Source of the DNA: Candidatus Schneewindia gallinarum
Lineage (GTDB): Bacteria > Bacillota > Clostridia > Oscillospirales > Ruminococcaceae
Length of the DNA: 64,000 nt
Direction of reading: 5' to 3'
NCBI GenBank assembly: GCA_904420175.1
Contig: CAJFUF010000022.1
Span: 2,974-66,973 of the forward strand
Below, in pieces: positions 38,092 to 48,067 of this stretch (the stretch's first letter is position 1; each line of letters begins with the position of its first letter). The notes below the pieces were generated by a model, which saw only the letters and a program-made list of their open reading frames with translations, searched no databases and was not told where the DNA came from. The position numbers were made by a program, and so were the translations under genes.

Positions 38092-38151
38092 GCATCCGCC
38101 TCCTCTCCGGTATGTTCCTTATTATATGTCATTTTTTCTCTTTTCGCAATC

Positions 38152-38868
38152 TCAGGCCTCTGCCGCATCTTTCGCCTGCCCCGTAACAATGGGCAGGATA
38201 TCTGCAAGCTTTTTCACCTCGTAGGTGACAGGAACCGCCCCGGTGTTGCGTTCCCCCAGCTTGTTGTACCAGCAGGTGTCAATCCCGGCGTTTTCCCCGC
38301 CCGCCATGTCGGAACTCAGGCTGTCGCCAATCAGCAGGGCACGCTGCGGCTCGAAGCCGGAAATGCGGGAAAAGACAATGTCGAAAAAGCCCTTCTCCGG
38401 CTTTCTCACCCCCAGCGTGTCCGAGATAAACATCTCCTCAAAATACGGGGCAAGACCGCTGCGGCGCATCCGTTGCTCCTGCGTGTCCTTCATGCCGTTG
38501 GTGACAACAAACAGCCGCGTCCTGCCCGCCAGTGCCCGGATCAGCTCCATGGCGCCCGGCTCCGCAATGCCGCCAAGCAGGCCCAGATTGTCCTGATAGC
38601 TCACGGAAAAGGGGCGGGAGTCCCCGTTGATTCCAAAGTGGTCGAACAGTTCTTGAAAGCGGCGGTCAATAATGTCCTGCTTCCGAATCTCCCCTTTTTC
38701 AAAGGCGGCCCACAGCCGGTGGTTGATTTGGTTATATACCCGCAGCATCTCCTGCTCGTGATAGGGGTAGCCGTACTGCCGGAACGTGGCCCGGAAGGCA
38801 ATCAGCTGTTCCGCCTTGAAGTCCAGCAGGGTGTCGTCCGCGTCAAACAGGCAAAAGTCGTATCTCAT
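38152..38868 (-). CDS. HAD family hydrolase (YjjG-like nucleotidase type)
   Basis: Trimmed to ATG 38868: MRYDFCLFDADDTLLDF (DxDxT), ...VTNG..., ...IGDSLSSDMAGG. Confidence 0.85.
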   Translation of the reverse strand: MRYDFCLFDADDTLLDFKAEQLIAFRATFRQYGYPYHEQEMLRVYNQINHRLWAAFEKGEIRKQDIIDRRFQELFDHFGINGDSRPFSVSYQDNLGLLGGIAEPGAMELIRALAGRTRLFVVTNGMKDTQEQRMRRSGLAPYFEEMFISDTLGVRKPEKGFFDIVFSRISGFEPQRALLIGDSLSSDMAGGENAGIDTCWYNKLGERNTGAVPVTYEVKKLADILPIVTGQAKDAAEA

Positions 38869-38973
38869 ACTGTTCTTCTTCCTTTCCCCAGCGTTTTCCG
38901 GCCCCACCGGCCGGAATGGAAACAAAAGGGGAAGCGGAAACACCCCGGTTCCCGCTTCCCCCCTGCGGTTTTA

Positions 38974-39603
38974 CTATTTCGTTCCAAAAATACGGTCGCC
39001 CGCATCGCCAAGGCCCGGCACGATGTAGCCCACATCGTTCAGCTTCTCGTCAAGGCAGCCAACCCACACGTTCACGTCCGGATGGGCCTTACTCAGCGCC
39101 TCCAGTCCCTCAGGAGCGGCGATAATGCACAGGAACTTAATATGTTTGACGCCCTTTTCCTTTAATAGGCGGATGGCGTCAATGGCGGAGTTGCCCGTGG
39201 CGCACATGGGATCCACCACAATGATGTCCCGCTCGGACACGTCGTCCGGCAGCTTGCAGAAATACTCCACCGGCTGCAGCGTCTCATGGTCGCGGTACAG
39301 GCCGATATGCCCCACCTTGGCAGCAGGCACGAGGGAAAGCATTCCTTCCACCATTCCAAGTCCCGCACGCAGAATCGGCACCACGGCAAGTTTTCTGCCG
39401 CTGATGACCTTGGACTTCGTCGCGCAGATGGGTGTCTCAATCTCCACTTCCTTCAGCGGCAGATCCCTTGTCGCCTCATAGCACATCAGGGTTGCCACCT
39501 CGCTGACCAGCTCCCTAAACTCCTTCGCGCCGGTGCCGGTCTCCCGCATCAGGGTCACCTTGTGCTGAATCAGCGGGTGATCCATGTAATGAATGTTTCC
39601 CAT
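38974..39603 (-). CDS. upp: Uracil phosphoribosyltransferase
   Basis: 209 aa, [13 protein letters not shown]..., ...ILRAGLGM..., ...[11 protein letters not shown]... Confidence 0.95.
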   Translation of the reverse strand: MGNIHYMDHPLIQHKVTLMRETGTGAKEFRELVSEVATLMCYEATRDLPLKEVEIETPICATKSKVISGRKLAVVPILRAGLGMVEGMLSLVPAAKVGHIGLYRDHETLQPVEYFCKLPDDVSERDIIVVDPMCATGNSAIDAIRLLKEKGVKHIKFLCIIAAPEGLEALSKAHPDVNVWVGCLDEKLNDVGYIVPGLGDAGDRIFGTK

Positions 39604-39622
39604 CGTCCTTTACCCCTTTTCC

Positions 39623-40057
39623 TTATTTTTCAAGGTCCGCAATCTGCGAAACCCGCTTCGCATGCCGTCCACCCTCATAGGGGGTGTCCAAGAACACATC
39701 CACCAGCTCCGCCGCAAGGCCGGGGCCCACCACACGGCCGCCCATGGCCAGGATGTTGGCGTCGTTGTGCATTCTTGTGTATTTGGCGCTGAAGTAGTCG
39801 CTGCAGCAGGCGCAGCGCACGCCCTTCACCTTGTTGGCCGCAATGGAGATGCCGATGCCTGTTCCGCAGAACAGCAGGCCCTTCTCACACTCGCCGCTGA
39901 CCACCGCGTCCGCCACCTTTTTGGCATAAACAGGGTAGTCCACCGACTCCTCCGAGTAGGTGCCGAAATCCTTGTAGGCGATGCCCCTCTCGTCCAGATG
40001 GGCCTTGATGGCCTCCTTCAGGGTGTAACCGCCGTGATCACAGCCGATTGCTATCAT
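39623..40057 (-). CDS. rpiB: Ribose-5-phosphate isomerase B
   Basis: 144 aa, MIAIGCDHGGYTLKEAI...GLLFCGTGIGISIAANKVKGVRCA. Confidence 0.94.
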   Translation of the reverse strand: MIAIGCDHGGYTLKEAIKAHLDERGIAYKDFGTYSEESVDYPVYAKKVADAVVSGECEKGLLFCGTGIGISIAANKVKGVRCACCSDYFSAKYTRMHNDANILAMGGRVVGPGLAAELVDVFLDTPYEGGRHAKRVSQIADLEK

Positions 40058-40058
40058 A

Positions 40059-40775
40059 TCAAAAACCTCCTTGTGTTTGCTTGTCCGCTTTCAGCCTCTC
40101 CTGCCGCTCTCTCTCCGCCTGGCTCAGCCGCAGGTACCGCACTGCAAGCGCGGCGCCGTCCACCGCCGTGTCCAGCCGGCCTGCAGCGGCGGCCGCCATG
40201 GCCCCCGCCCGAGGGAAACGCACCGGCGTATCGGCCAGAAAGGCTTCCTTTTTCTCGCTCAGCTTATTATAGCACATTTCCGCCCCGTCTCCAACGAGCA
40301 GAAGCTTTTTTTTGAAATTTTTCATCTCCGCTTCCAGCTCCTCATGGGAAAGGGCGCGGTCCTCACACAGCCGCGTCAGCGCGCCGTCCGCCGTCCGCTC
40401 AAACAACGCATTGTAGTACTGGCCGCGCCGCGCGTCCAGCACCGGGCAAATCAATCCCTCAAAAGGGCCTGCCGACAGGGCCAGCGCCTCCATGGTGGAG
40501 AAGGGCACACAGGGCGTGCCGAAGGGGAATGCCAGCCCCTTGACGGTGCACACGCCAATCCGCACCCCCGTGAAGGAGCCGGGGCCCACCGTAACCGCCA
40601 CCGCGTCCATGTCCCGCATGGAAAGCCCCAGCTGGCGAAGCGCCTGCTCAATCATGGGGCCCAGCGTCTGCGAGTGGGTCAGGCCGTTGTTCATAAAACT
40701 TTCGTATAATATGCCGTCCCCGTCGGCCACCGCCACGCTGGCCGACTTGGAGGTGCTGTCAACCGCCAAAATCAT
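40059..40775 (-). CDS. tsaB: tRNA t6A biosynthesis protein TsaB
   Basis: 238 aa, MILAVDSTSKSASVAV...VTVGPGSFTGVRIGV. Confidence 0.9.
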   Translation of the reverse strand: MILAVDSTSKSASVAVADGDGILYESFMNNGLTHSQTLGPMIEQALRQLGLSMRDMDAVAVTVGPGSFTGVRIGVCTVKGLAFPFGTPCVPFSTMEALALSAGPFEGLICPVLDARRGQYYNALFERTADGALTRLCEDRALSHEELEAEMKNFKKKLLLVGDGAEMCYNKLSEKKEAFLADTPVRFPRAGAMAAAAAGRLDTAVDGAALAVRYLRLSQAERERQERLKADKQTQGGF

Positions 40776-41202
40776 CGAAACGCCCGTCTCCTTTCAGGGT
40801 GATGGTTCTCGTATCCCCCGTGCCCTCAATCCGCACGGTGATGCAGTTTTCCGGCAGGGCGTCCCCCGCCCGGCCGCTCCACTCCACCAGCAGGATTGCC
40901 CCGCTGTCGAGGTAGTCGAAAAAGCCGGTGGAGTACAAATCGTCCTCGTCCGTAATGCGCCACAAATCAAAGTGGGCCAGCACCGGGTTCTGCCCGTACT
41001 CGTTCACAAGGGCAAAAGTGGGGCTTGCCACCTCGTCCTCCACGCCGAAAAACCGCGCCACGCCGCGTGTAAACACCGTCTTTCCAGCGCCCATGCCGCC
41101 CTCATACGCCACCACGTCCCCGGGGCGCAGCAGCGCGGCAAACCGCTCGGCAAGGGCCATGGTTTCCTTCGGGCTGTGGGTCACAAACTGTTTTTCCGTC
41201 AT
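40759..41202 (-). CDS. tsaE: tRNA t6A biosynthesis ATPase TsaE
   Basis: 147 aa, GDVVAYEGGMGAGKTVFTRG...SPTFALVNEY; overlaps tsaB by 17 nt. Confidence 0.9.
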   Translation of the reverse strand: MTEKQFVTHSPKETMALAERFAALLRPGDVVAYEGGMGAGKTVFTRGVARFFGVEDEVASPTFALVNEYGQNPVLAHFDLWRITDEDDLYSTGFFDYLDSGAILLVEWSGRAGDALPENCITVRIEGTGDTRTITLKGDGRFDDFGG

Positions 41203-42870
41203 TTAAAACAGCCCCGTAATAACGCCGTCGTCGTCAATGTCAATGTGGTTGGCGGCAGGATCCTTCGGCAGGCCGGGCATGGTCATGATGTCGCCGGTCA
41301 GCGCCACCACAAACCCTGCGCCAAGGCTGGGCCGAATCTCCTTAACGGTGATGCGGAAGCCCTGGGGCCGTCCCAGCTTTTTCGGGTCGTCCGACAGGCT
41401 GTACTGGGTCTTGGCCATGCACACGGGCAGTTTGTCCGCCGACAGGGCCGCAAGCCCTGCAAGGGCCCGCTGTGCCGCCGGGGTGAAGTCCACGCCGTCC
41501 GCGCCGTACACCTCTCTCGCCACCGTCTCAATCTTCTGTTTTACCGGCATGTCGTCCGGGTACAGGGTTGTGAAGTTCCCGGGCCGTTCCAGCGCACGGC
41601 ACAGGACCTCTGCCAGTTCCACAGCGCCCTCGCCGCCCTTTTCAAAGCCCTTGTGCACCGCAAAATCCACGCCGGCGTCCTTGCAGTACTGCTCCACCAG
41701 CGCAATCTCCGCGTCGGTGTCCGCATAGAAATGGTTCAGCGTCACCACAATGGGCACACCGTAATGCCTCAGGTTGTCGATGTGCGCGCCCAGATTGCAC
41801 AGGCCCGCCTGGACGGCCTGCACGTTTTCCTTTTTCAGCTCCGCCTTGTCCACGCCGCCGTTGTATTTCAGCGCCCTGACGGTGGCGACCAGCACCACGG
41901 CAGACGGGGTGAGCCCCGCCGCGCGGCACTTGATGTCGAAAAACTTCTCCGCCCCAAGGTCGCTGCCGAAGCCGGCCTCCGTAATGCAGTAGTCCGCCAG
42001 CTTGAGGCCAAGGCGCGTGGCCCGGACGCTGTTGCAGCCGTGGGCGATGTTGGCAAAGGGGCCGCCGTGCATGATGGCGGGGGTGTTTTCCAGCGTCTGT
42101 ACAAGGTTCGGCTTCACCGCATCCTTCAGCAGTGCCGCCATGGCCCCGCATACGCCGATATCCCGTGCAAACACAGGCTGCCGGTCGTAGTTGTAGCCGA
42201 TAAGTATCCGGCCGAGCCGGGCCTTCAAATCACTGAGGTTGTCCGCCAGGCACAGGATGGCCATAATTTCGCTTGCCACCGTAATCATGAAGCCGTCCGG
42301 CCTTGTCACGCCGTCCAGCCGGCCGCCGAGGCCCACCACCACGCTTCTTAGCGCGCGGTCGTTCATGTCCATGACGCGCTTAAACAGGATGGTTTTCGGG
42401 TCAATCCGCAGGGCGTTGCCCTGCTGCAGATGGTTGTCGATGGCGGCGCACAGCAGGTTGTTGGCGCTGGTGATGGCGTGAAAGTCGCCGGTAAAATGCA
42501 GGTTGATGTCCTCCATGGGCACCACCTGTGCGTAGCCGCCGCCCGCGGCGCCGCCCTTGATGCCGAACACCGGGCCGAGGCTCGGCTCCCTTAAGGCGAT
42601 TACCGCCTTTTTCCCGATCTTCGCCATGGCCTGGCCCAGCGCCACGGTGGTGGTGGTTTTCCCCTCGCCCGCAGGGGTGGGGTTGATGGCCGTCACCAGC
42701 ACCAGCTTGCCGTCCGGCACACTCTCCAGCCGTTTCATGGCCCGGTCGGTCACCTTGGCCTTATAGGGGCCGTACAGCTCCAGATCCTCTTCCGTAAGGC
42801 CGAGCCCTGCGGCAATCTCCCCGATTTTTTTCATGTTGCAGCCCAGTGCAATTTCCATATCCGTCAGCAT
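41203..42870 (-). CDS. fhs: Formate-tetrahydrofolate ligase
   Basis: Track ORF trimmed to ATG 42870: [20 protein letters not shown]..., ...[15 protein letters not shown]...; 555 aa as expected for FTHFS. Confidence 0.95.
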   Translation of the reverse strand: MLTDMEIALGCNMKKIGEIAAGLGLTEEDLELYGPYKAKVTDRAMKRLESVPDGKLVLVTAINPTPAGEGKTTTTVALGQAMAKIGKKAVIALREPSLGPVFGIKGGAAGGGYAQVVPMEDINLHFTGDFHAITSANNLLCAAIDNHLQQGNALRIDPKTILFKRVMDMNDRALRSVVVGLGGRLDGVTRPDGFMITVASEIMAILCLADNLSDLKARLGRILIGYNYDRQPVFARDIGVCGAMAALLKDAVKPNLVQTLENTPAIMHGGPFANIAHGCNSVRATRLGLKLADYCITEAGFGSDLGAEKFFDIKCRAAGLTPSAVVLVATVRALKYNGGVDKAELKKENVQAVQAGLCNLGAHIDNLRHYGVPIVVTLNHFYADTDAEIALVEQYCKDAGVDFAVHKGFEKGGEGAVELAEVLCRALERPGNFTTLYPDDMPVKQKIETVAREVYGADGVDFTPAAQRALAGLAALSADKLPVCMAKTQYSLSDDPKKLGRPQGFRITVKEIRPSLGAGFVVALTGDIMTMPGLPKDPAANHIDIDDDGVITGLF

Positions 42871-43009
42871 GGAAAAACCCCTTTCGGTTTTTAATTCACT
42901 TCTCTTTCCGGCGGGCGGCACGCTTTGGCGCAGCAGCGCTTCTCTGCGGCCGGGCCTGCGCGGCGCACCCTGCCTAGGAAAGCGGACGCCCGCTTTCCAG
43001 CCTGCGCAT

Positions 43010-43038
43010 ATTATACCATAAACCCGGCCGCCCCTCAA
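43010..43038 (-). promoter_or_regulatory. Promoter of the fhs-tsaE-tsaB-rpiB-upp unit
   Basis: Minus strand: TTGAGG (43038-43033), 17 nt, TGG-TATAAT (extended -10; TATAAT 43015-43010). Confidence 0.7.
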
Positions 43039-43134
43039 CCGCCGCTTGACTTTCAGCCGGCAGATACGGTATCCTTTAAAGGTATGGCACGCGCCCGGCA
43101 TGGGCCGGTCGCAGAGAACAAAGGAGAGCTGTAG

Positions 43135-43839
43135 ATGATCACAACGGTTTTATTTGATTTGGACGGCACCCTGCTGCCCATGGATCAGGATAAGTTTGTC
43201 CACTCCTATTTCCGGCGGATGGCCGCGAAGGTCGCCCCCCTCGGGTACGAGCCGAAAGCCCTTGTGGACGGGATTTGGGCCGGGACAGCCGCCATGGTGA
43301 ACAATGATGGAAGCCGCACCAACGAGGAGGCCTTCTGGGCGTGCTTTACCAAGCAATTCGGGGAAAAAGCCCTTGCGGACAGGCCTGTTTTCGACGAGTA
43401 TTACCGCGTGGAATTCCAGCAGGTGAAAGCGGACTGCGGATACAATCCCGAGGCGGCCCGGACGGTGGCCCGCCTGAAGGAGCAGGGGTACCGGGTGGCG
43501 CTGGCCACCAACCCCATCTTCCCCGCTGTGGCCACGGAAAGCCGCATCCGCTGGGCAGGGCTTTCCCCGGAGGATTTCCTGTTCTACACCACCTATGAAA
43601 ACTCCACCCACTGCAAGCCCAACCCCGCCTATTACGAAGATGTGCTGCTGAAGCTGGGCTGCCCCGCGCAGGAGTGCCTGATGGTAGGCAACGACGCACA
43701 GGAGGATATGGCGGCGGCGGAAATCGGCATGAAGGTGTTTCTGCTGACCGACTGCCTTATCAACTCCAGCGGGAAGGACCTTTCCGCCTATCCTCAGGGC
43801 AGCTTCCAGCAGCTGCAGGAGTATATCGCCAGCCTTTAA
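43135..43839 (+). CDS. HAD family hydrolase
   Basis: 234 aa, [15 protein letters not shown] (DxDxT), ...[10 protein letters not shown]... Confidence 0.85.
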   Translation: MITTVLFDLDGTLLPMDQDKFVHSYFRRMAAKVAPLGYEPKALVDGIWAGTAAMVNNDGSRTNEEAFWACFTKQFGEKALADRPVFDEYYRVEFQQVKADCGYNPEAARTVARLKEQGYRVALATNPIFPAVATESRIRWAGLSPEDFLFYTTYENSTHCKPNPAYYEDVLLKLGCPAQECLMVGNDAQEDMAAAEIGMKVFLLTDCLINSSGKDLSAYPQGSFQQLQEYIASL

Positions 43840-43918
43840 AAACAAATGGAAAGCCGGACGGATTGCACTCCGTCCGGCTTTCTGCTTGCAGGGCCGCCCC
43901 TCGCGGGGCTGGCGCCTT

Positions 43919-44797
43919 TTATTCCGCTTTATCCAGCATGTCCTTCAGTTCCTTGTACCGGTCCGCTGTTTCCCCGTCCTTTTCATTGTAAGTGTCCTTA
44001 AAGGTGGAGTAGCTGCCCGTGGGAGACATGATAAAGTCGTAAAAGTCCATAAACGCCGTATAGGTCCTCTTGATTTGCAGTTGCAGCGCCTGCTGGGTCT
44101 CATTGTTTTCATCCGGAACCGTCATCAGGTCCTCATACAGCTGTTTCAGAATCAACTGTCCTCTCTCCGCACTGGTCATCTCAGAGGACTTTGCCAACTG
44201 GGCCGCATCTATCGCAGCATCCGGGCTGGAGTACCGTCTTTTAAAGACATAGTCGTACCAGCGGTCGTAGATCTCATGTCCGATGTCCTCCAAATCCACC
44301 GCCGTATCCAGCAGCAGTGAACAGAAGCTCTGTGCGTCCTCCAGATACTTCTCATGCGCCGCAATCCGCGCCTGCTCCTTCGCCTGCATGTCCAGCACCA
44401 GCCAGGTTACCGTGCCCGCAGTGGCCAGAACCACCGCAAGGATGACGGCAAGGAGAATGAATTTCTTCTTCTTTTTCTTCGGCGCGGCCGCTGCCTGCAG
44501 CACCGGCGCGAAGCTGTCCGCCCCCGGCGCAGGGTCATAAGCAGCTCCGGGCGCAGCCTCCCCTTCGGCAGCCGCCTGCTCCCACGCCGGTGCGCCCTCC
44601 GGTTCCGCAGGCGTCTCATCCACAGGTGCCTGCGGTGCGTCCCCCGCTGCGGAATCTGCCCGCGGCAAATCCGCAGCGGCCTGATTTACCCCCGGCGCGG
44701 CTTCCTTCCCGTCGTGTTCCACATCCGTCCTCATTCCGCACTCCGGACAGAACAGCGCATCGTCGTCAATCTGTCTCCCGCAATGAATACAAAACAT
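43919..44797 (-). CDS. Zinc-ribbon domain membrane protein
   Basis: 292 aa, MFCIHCGRQIDDDALFCPECG, Ala/Pro-rich linker, KKKKKK then one TM helix and a helical C-domain. Confidence 0.75.
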   Translation of the reverse strand: MFCIHCGRQIDDDALFCPECGMRTDVEHDGKEAAPGVNQAAADLPRADSAAGDAPQAPVDETPAEPEGAPAWEQAAAEGEAAPGAAYDPAPGADSFAPVLQAAAAPKKKKKKFILLAVILAVVLATAGTVTWLVLDMQAKEQARIAAHEKYLEDAQSFCSLLLDTAVDLEDIGHEIYDRWYDYVFKRRYSSPDAAIDAAQLAKSSEMTSAERGQLILKQLYEDLMTVPDENNETQQALQLQIKRTYTAFMDFYDFIMSPTGSYSTFKDTYNEKDGETADRYKELKDMLDKAE

Positions 44798-44888
44798 GCA
44801 TTCTTCCCCCTTTCGGGCGTTATCACCCGCTCTTTACCCCTATCGTACCAGAAACCCCTTTTTTCTTCAATCAAATCTGTAAACCTTT

Positions 44889-44928
44889 AAAAAAACCGCA
44901 CCGCTTTTTAAAGCGGTGCGGTTTTTTT
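44889..44928. terminator. Bidirectional terminator
   Basis: AAAAAAA-ccgcaccgctt-ttta-aagcggtgcgg-TTTTTTT, overlapping the stop of the nucleoside hydrolase. Confidence 0.88.
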
Positions 44929-45913
44929 ACGCCTTCTCCCCTCTGGCAAGGGCGGCCTTAACCATGGCCACCAGTTTTTCCCGGTCGGCATTAAAGGCAA
45001 CCATGCAGTTTTTCTTTGCCTTTTTGTCCCTGCCGTCCACGTCGATTACGGTCATGCCGTCTGCACGGCCCCCGGCGAAGTCCACATCCACATACAGCTG
45101 CCGGACATCTTTCAGCACCGTGGGGTCGATGGCCGCCGCCACGGCAAGCACATCGTGCACAGGGCCCCAGTCCGGCCGGGCCATGGGCTGGAACTGGCGG
45201 TACCCCTTGATGCGGTGGCGGGCAAATTCCGCAGCGGCAATACTGGCCTTCGTGCCGATGGCATCCAAATCCGCGCAGTCCTGCTCGGAGAAGCAGGCGC
45301 GGTGGGTGGCGTCCAGCGGGATCAGGGTAACCGGCGCCCCGCAATCCAGCACAATTTTCGCCGCCTCCGGGTCAATCCAGATATTAAACTCGGAGAAGGG
45401 CTCCACATTGCCAAACTCATACGCGCCGCCCATGATGATAAGCTCCTTGATTTTCCCGGCGATGGCGGGCTCAATGCGAAGCGCCACTGCAAGGTTGGTC
45501 AGCGGGCCCACCAGAATCAAGCTGATGTCCCCGTCGGAGGCCATCAGGGTATCAATCAGGAAGGTGACTGCATTTACCCGCTCCGGTGCGGTTTTGGCCG
45601 GGGGCATGTTGTCCAGGTAATCGCTGTGCACGTTTTCCTCCGGGTTGTCCGGCCCGGTGTAGGGCATGTGCTTACGCCTGCCCGGCTGCAGGGAGCTGAC
45701 CAGCGGCATCGCGCAGCCTTTGTACACAGGCACGCTGCTGTTCAAAAACTCCTTTACACGCAGGGTGTTCTCCGTTGTGAAGCTGACCGCCCGGTTGCCG
45801 TTGACGGTGCAGATGCCCAGCACCTCCAACTCCGGCGACAGCAGCGCCGTCATAATGGCCACCGCATCGTCGCTGCCGGTATCCACGTCCAAAATAACCT
45901 TTCGTCTGTCCAT
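44927..45913 (-). CDS. Nucleoside hydrolase (second IUNH paralogue)
   Basis: 328 aa, MDRRKVILDVDTGSDDAVAIMTAL. Confidence 0.92.
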   Translation of the reverse strand: MDRRKVILDVDTGSDDAVAIMTALLSPELEVLGICTVNGNRAVSFTTENTLRVKEFLNSSVPVYKGCAMPLVSSLQPGRRKHMPYTGPDNPEENVHSDYLDNMPPAKTAPERVNAVTFLIDTLMASDGDISLILVGPLTNLAVALRIEPAIAGKIKELIIMGGAYEFGNVEPFSEFNIWIDPEAAKIVLDCGAPVTLIPLDATHRACFSEQDCADLDAIGTKASIAAAEFARHRIKGYRQFQPMARPDWGPVHDVLAVAAAIDPTVLKDVRQLYVDVDFAGGRADGMTVIDVDGRDKKAKKNCMVAFNADREKLVAMVKAALARGEKA

Positions 45914-46068
45914 GCTGTTCCCTCCGTTTCATTTGGTTACTATCAGTATAGCGGACAGGCCGCAGAAAGGGAATGGGTTTTTACGCAAACGTTTTCATTT
46001 TTTGTTTTCCGGGCGGCGGTTGTGCTATAATAAAGCTATTCCAAAGCCTTTGAAGGAGCGTGTGTCTC

Positions 46069-47412
46069 ATGAATCAGTCCTCCCGCGCGGCGGAGCATCT
46101 GTCCGCCGCCATTCGCATCCCCACCGTCTCCGGCAGGGACGGCCTGCCGCTGGAGCCCGGCCGTTTCACGGAATTCCACCGCTTTTTGCAGGACAGCTTC
46201 CCCCTGTGCCACAGCCGTATGACAAGGGAGATTGTGGACGGCTACAGCCTGCTGTACCACTGCCCCGGCAGCGACCCGTCCCTCGACCCGTTCTGTGTCA
46301 TGGCGCACATGGACGTGGTGCCGGTGGACACGCGGACGGAAAGCCAGTGGGAGCATCCCGCCTTCTCCGGTGAAATTGCGGACGGCTACGTTTGGGGCCG
46401 CGGTGCCCTTGACATGAAGGGCCAGCTTGTCAGCATTTTTGAGGCGCTGGAAGGGCTGTTTGAAAACGGCTTCCAGCCTGTAAGGGGCTTTTATGTGTCC
46501 CTCAGCCATAATGAGGAAATCATGTCCCAGACCGCCTCAGGCGCGCTGGCAGCCGTAAAAATTTTGAAGGACCGCGGCGTCCGGCTGGCCTTTGTGCTGG
46601 ATGAGGGCGGCAACTTCTTCCCGAAGGAGCGCTTCCATACCGATCGGCCCGCCGTGCTGCTTGGCATCTGTGAGCGGGGCTATGCCGACGTGCGGTTGTC
46701 CGCCGTGTCCGGCGGCGGGCACAGCTCCACCCCTCCGGCGCATACGGCGCTGGGCAGGCTGTGCGCGGCGGTAACCGCTATTGAGAACGACCCGCTTCCT
46801 CCCTTCTGGAACCCGGCAGCTGCCGCCATGTTCGACAGTCTTGCACCCCACATGGAGGAGCCTTACCACACCCTGTTTTCCAACAGGCAGTCCCATCCGG
46901 AGCGGGCCGCTGCCGCACTGTGTGAAAGCCCCTTTGACCGGGCGCTGATCGCCTGCACATCGGCCGCCACCATGGCGGAGGGCAGCCCGGCCCCCAACGT
47001 GCTGCCGGGGGAGGCCTCCGTCACCTTCAACCTGCGGATTTCCCCGACGCAGACGGTGGAGCATTCCCTCTCCCACATGAGGCAGCTCGCGGGCGAGGGC
47101 GTCACCTTTACTGAGCTCAGCCATATCGAGCCGTCGCCCATCTCCCCCACCCACGGCTTCGGGTACGAGACGGTGCTTGCCGCCTTGCAGGAGGTGTTCC
47201 CGGATTACCTGCCCGCGCCGGGTCCGGTCATTATGGGGACCGACTCCCGCCACTTCTACGCAGTAAGCGACTGTGTGTACCACGTGACGCCCTTCCCCTG
47301 CTTTATGGAGGACGGGAACCGCCTGCACACCGTGAACGAGCGGATGCGCCTCGACAGCCTTGAGGACGGCGTGCGTTTCTTTACCGCACTGCTCACCCGC
47401 GCTGCAAAGTAG
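46069..47412 (+). CDS. M20 family metallopeptidase
   Basis: GAAGGAG SD then ATG 46069; ...MAHMDVVPV..., ...GRGALDMKG..., ...HNEE... M20 motifs. Confidence 0.88.
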   Translation: MNQSSRAAEHLSAAIRIPTVSGRDGLPLEPGRFTEFHRFLQDSFPLCHSRMTREIVDGYSLLYHCPGSDPSLDPFCVMAHMDVVPVDTRTESQWEHPAFSGEIADGYVWGRGALDMKGQLVSIFEALEGLFENGFQPVRGFYVSLSHNEEIMSQTASGALAAVKILKDRGVRLAFVLDEGGNFFPKERFHTDRPAVLLGICERGYADVRLSAVSGGGHSSTPPAHTALGRLCAAVTAIENDPLPPFWNPAAAAMFDSLAPHMEEPYHTLFSNRQSHPERAAAALCESPFDRALIACTSAATMAEGSPAPNVLPGEASVTFNLRISPTQTVEHSLSHMRQLAGEGVTFTELSHIEPSPISPTHGFGYETVLAALQEVFPDYLPAPGPVIMGTDSRHFYAVSDCVYHVTPFPCFMEDGNRLHTVNERMRLDSLEDGVRFFTALLTRAAK

Positions 47413-47450
47413 AAGCAGCGCAGGCGCAAAACCAGAAAGGATGTGACAGA

Positions 47451-47711
47451 ATGAAGGATATTTTGTTTTTCTATATGCCCGGCTGCCCCCACTGCCGCAA
47501 GGCGGAAGAGCTGATTGCCGAGCTGCTTGCAGAGCACCCGCAGTGGAAGGAAATCACCATTAACCGCGTTGACGAGACGGCCAACCCCGCCTACGCCGAC
47601 CAGTTTGATTACTACTATGTGCCCACCTTCTATGTGGACGGGCAAAAGCTGCACGAGGGCGTTCCCACCAAGCAGGCCGTGGAAGCGGTGTTCCGCGCCG
47701 CGGCGCAGTAG
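47451..47711 (+). CDS. Thioredoxin/glutaredoxin-like protein
   Basis: 86 aa, FFYMPGCPHCRKAEEL (CPHC redox motif). Confidence 0.85.
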   Translation: MKDILFFYMPGCPHCRKAEELIAELLAEHPQWKEITINRVDETANPAYADQFDYYYVPTFYVDGQKLHEGVPTKQAVEAVFRAAAQ

Positions 47712-47789
47712 GACGCCGTCCCGGCGCAGCACAGGACTTACAGCCCCGTCCCTATGAAGGATAAAAAGTTAAATTTTTTCCGTGAAACA

Positions 47790-47818
47790 GTTGACAGGGC
47801 CGGTAGGGTATGGTATTC
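47790..47818 (+). promoter_or_regulatory. Orphan sigma-A type promoter
   Basis: TTGACA (47790-47795), 17-nt spacer ending in TGG (extended -10), TATTCT (47813-47818), in an AT-rich patch. Confidence 0.6.
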
Positions 47819-47824
47819 TATGGG

Positions 47825-47984
47825 TAGTTAGCTAAAGCTAACCTCCAATGAAGTCGTCTCCCGTGCCGGTTACTCCTTCATCCTTCTGACATACTTGTTC
47901 TTGTTTGCCTACCAAACCGGGTACGGGCCGGCGGTTTTGTCTCCTGAAAAGAAGCGGACGCGCAAAAGCGCGGCCGCTTCTTTT
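47825..47984 (+). ncRNA. Candidate ~160-nt small RNA (promoter to terminator, no ORF)
   Basis: Bounded by the promoter above and the hairpin/T-run at 47946-47984. Internal hairpins gttagc-taaa-gctaac, atgaag..cttcat, aaaccg..cggttt; no SD/ORF; next gene is convergent. Confidence 0.35.
47946..47984. terminator. Bidirectional terminator
   Basis: AAAA-gaagcggacgcgc-aaaa-gcgcggccgcttc-TTTTT (14-bp stem, one mismatch). Confidence 0.8.
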
Positions 47985-48067
47985 TATCGTTTTATTTGTC
48001 CGGCAGCAGAGGGCATCCTTGCTGCCGGCAGGGACAGGTATGGAAGTCCCCTTCTTTTCTGCCGGGC

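Noticed and set aside
37624-39165. Very long ORFs antisense to confident genes. This 513-aa ORF is one example; others are 1363-3054, 5295-6233, 9349-10215, 22177-23334, 35095-36177, 40492-42351, 45155-46030 and 53739-55463.
   Set aside because: They lie opposite well-supported genes and have Arg/Ala/Gly/Pro/His-rich low-complexity products typical of the antisense frame in GC-rich DNA. They have no SD sequences and no recognisable domains.
42871-43003. ZTP (pfl) riboswitch upstream of fhs.
   Set aside because: The conserved GACTGGCG and CCGCCTGGGC elements are absent. The nearest strings are GGCTGGAAAGCGGGCG and CCGCCCGCCGGAAAG.
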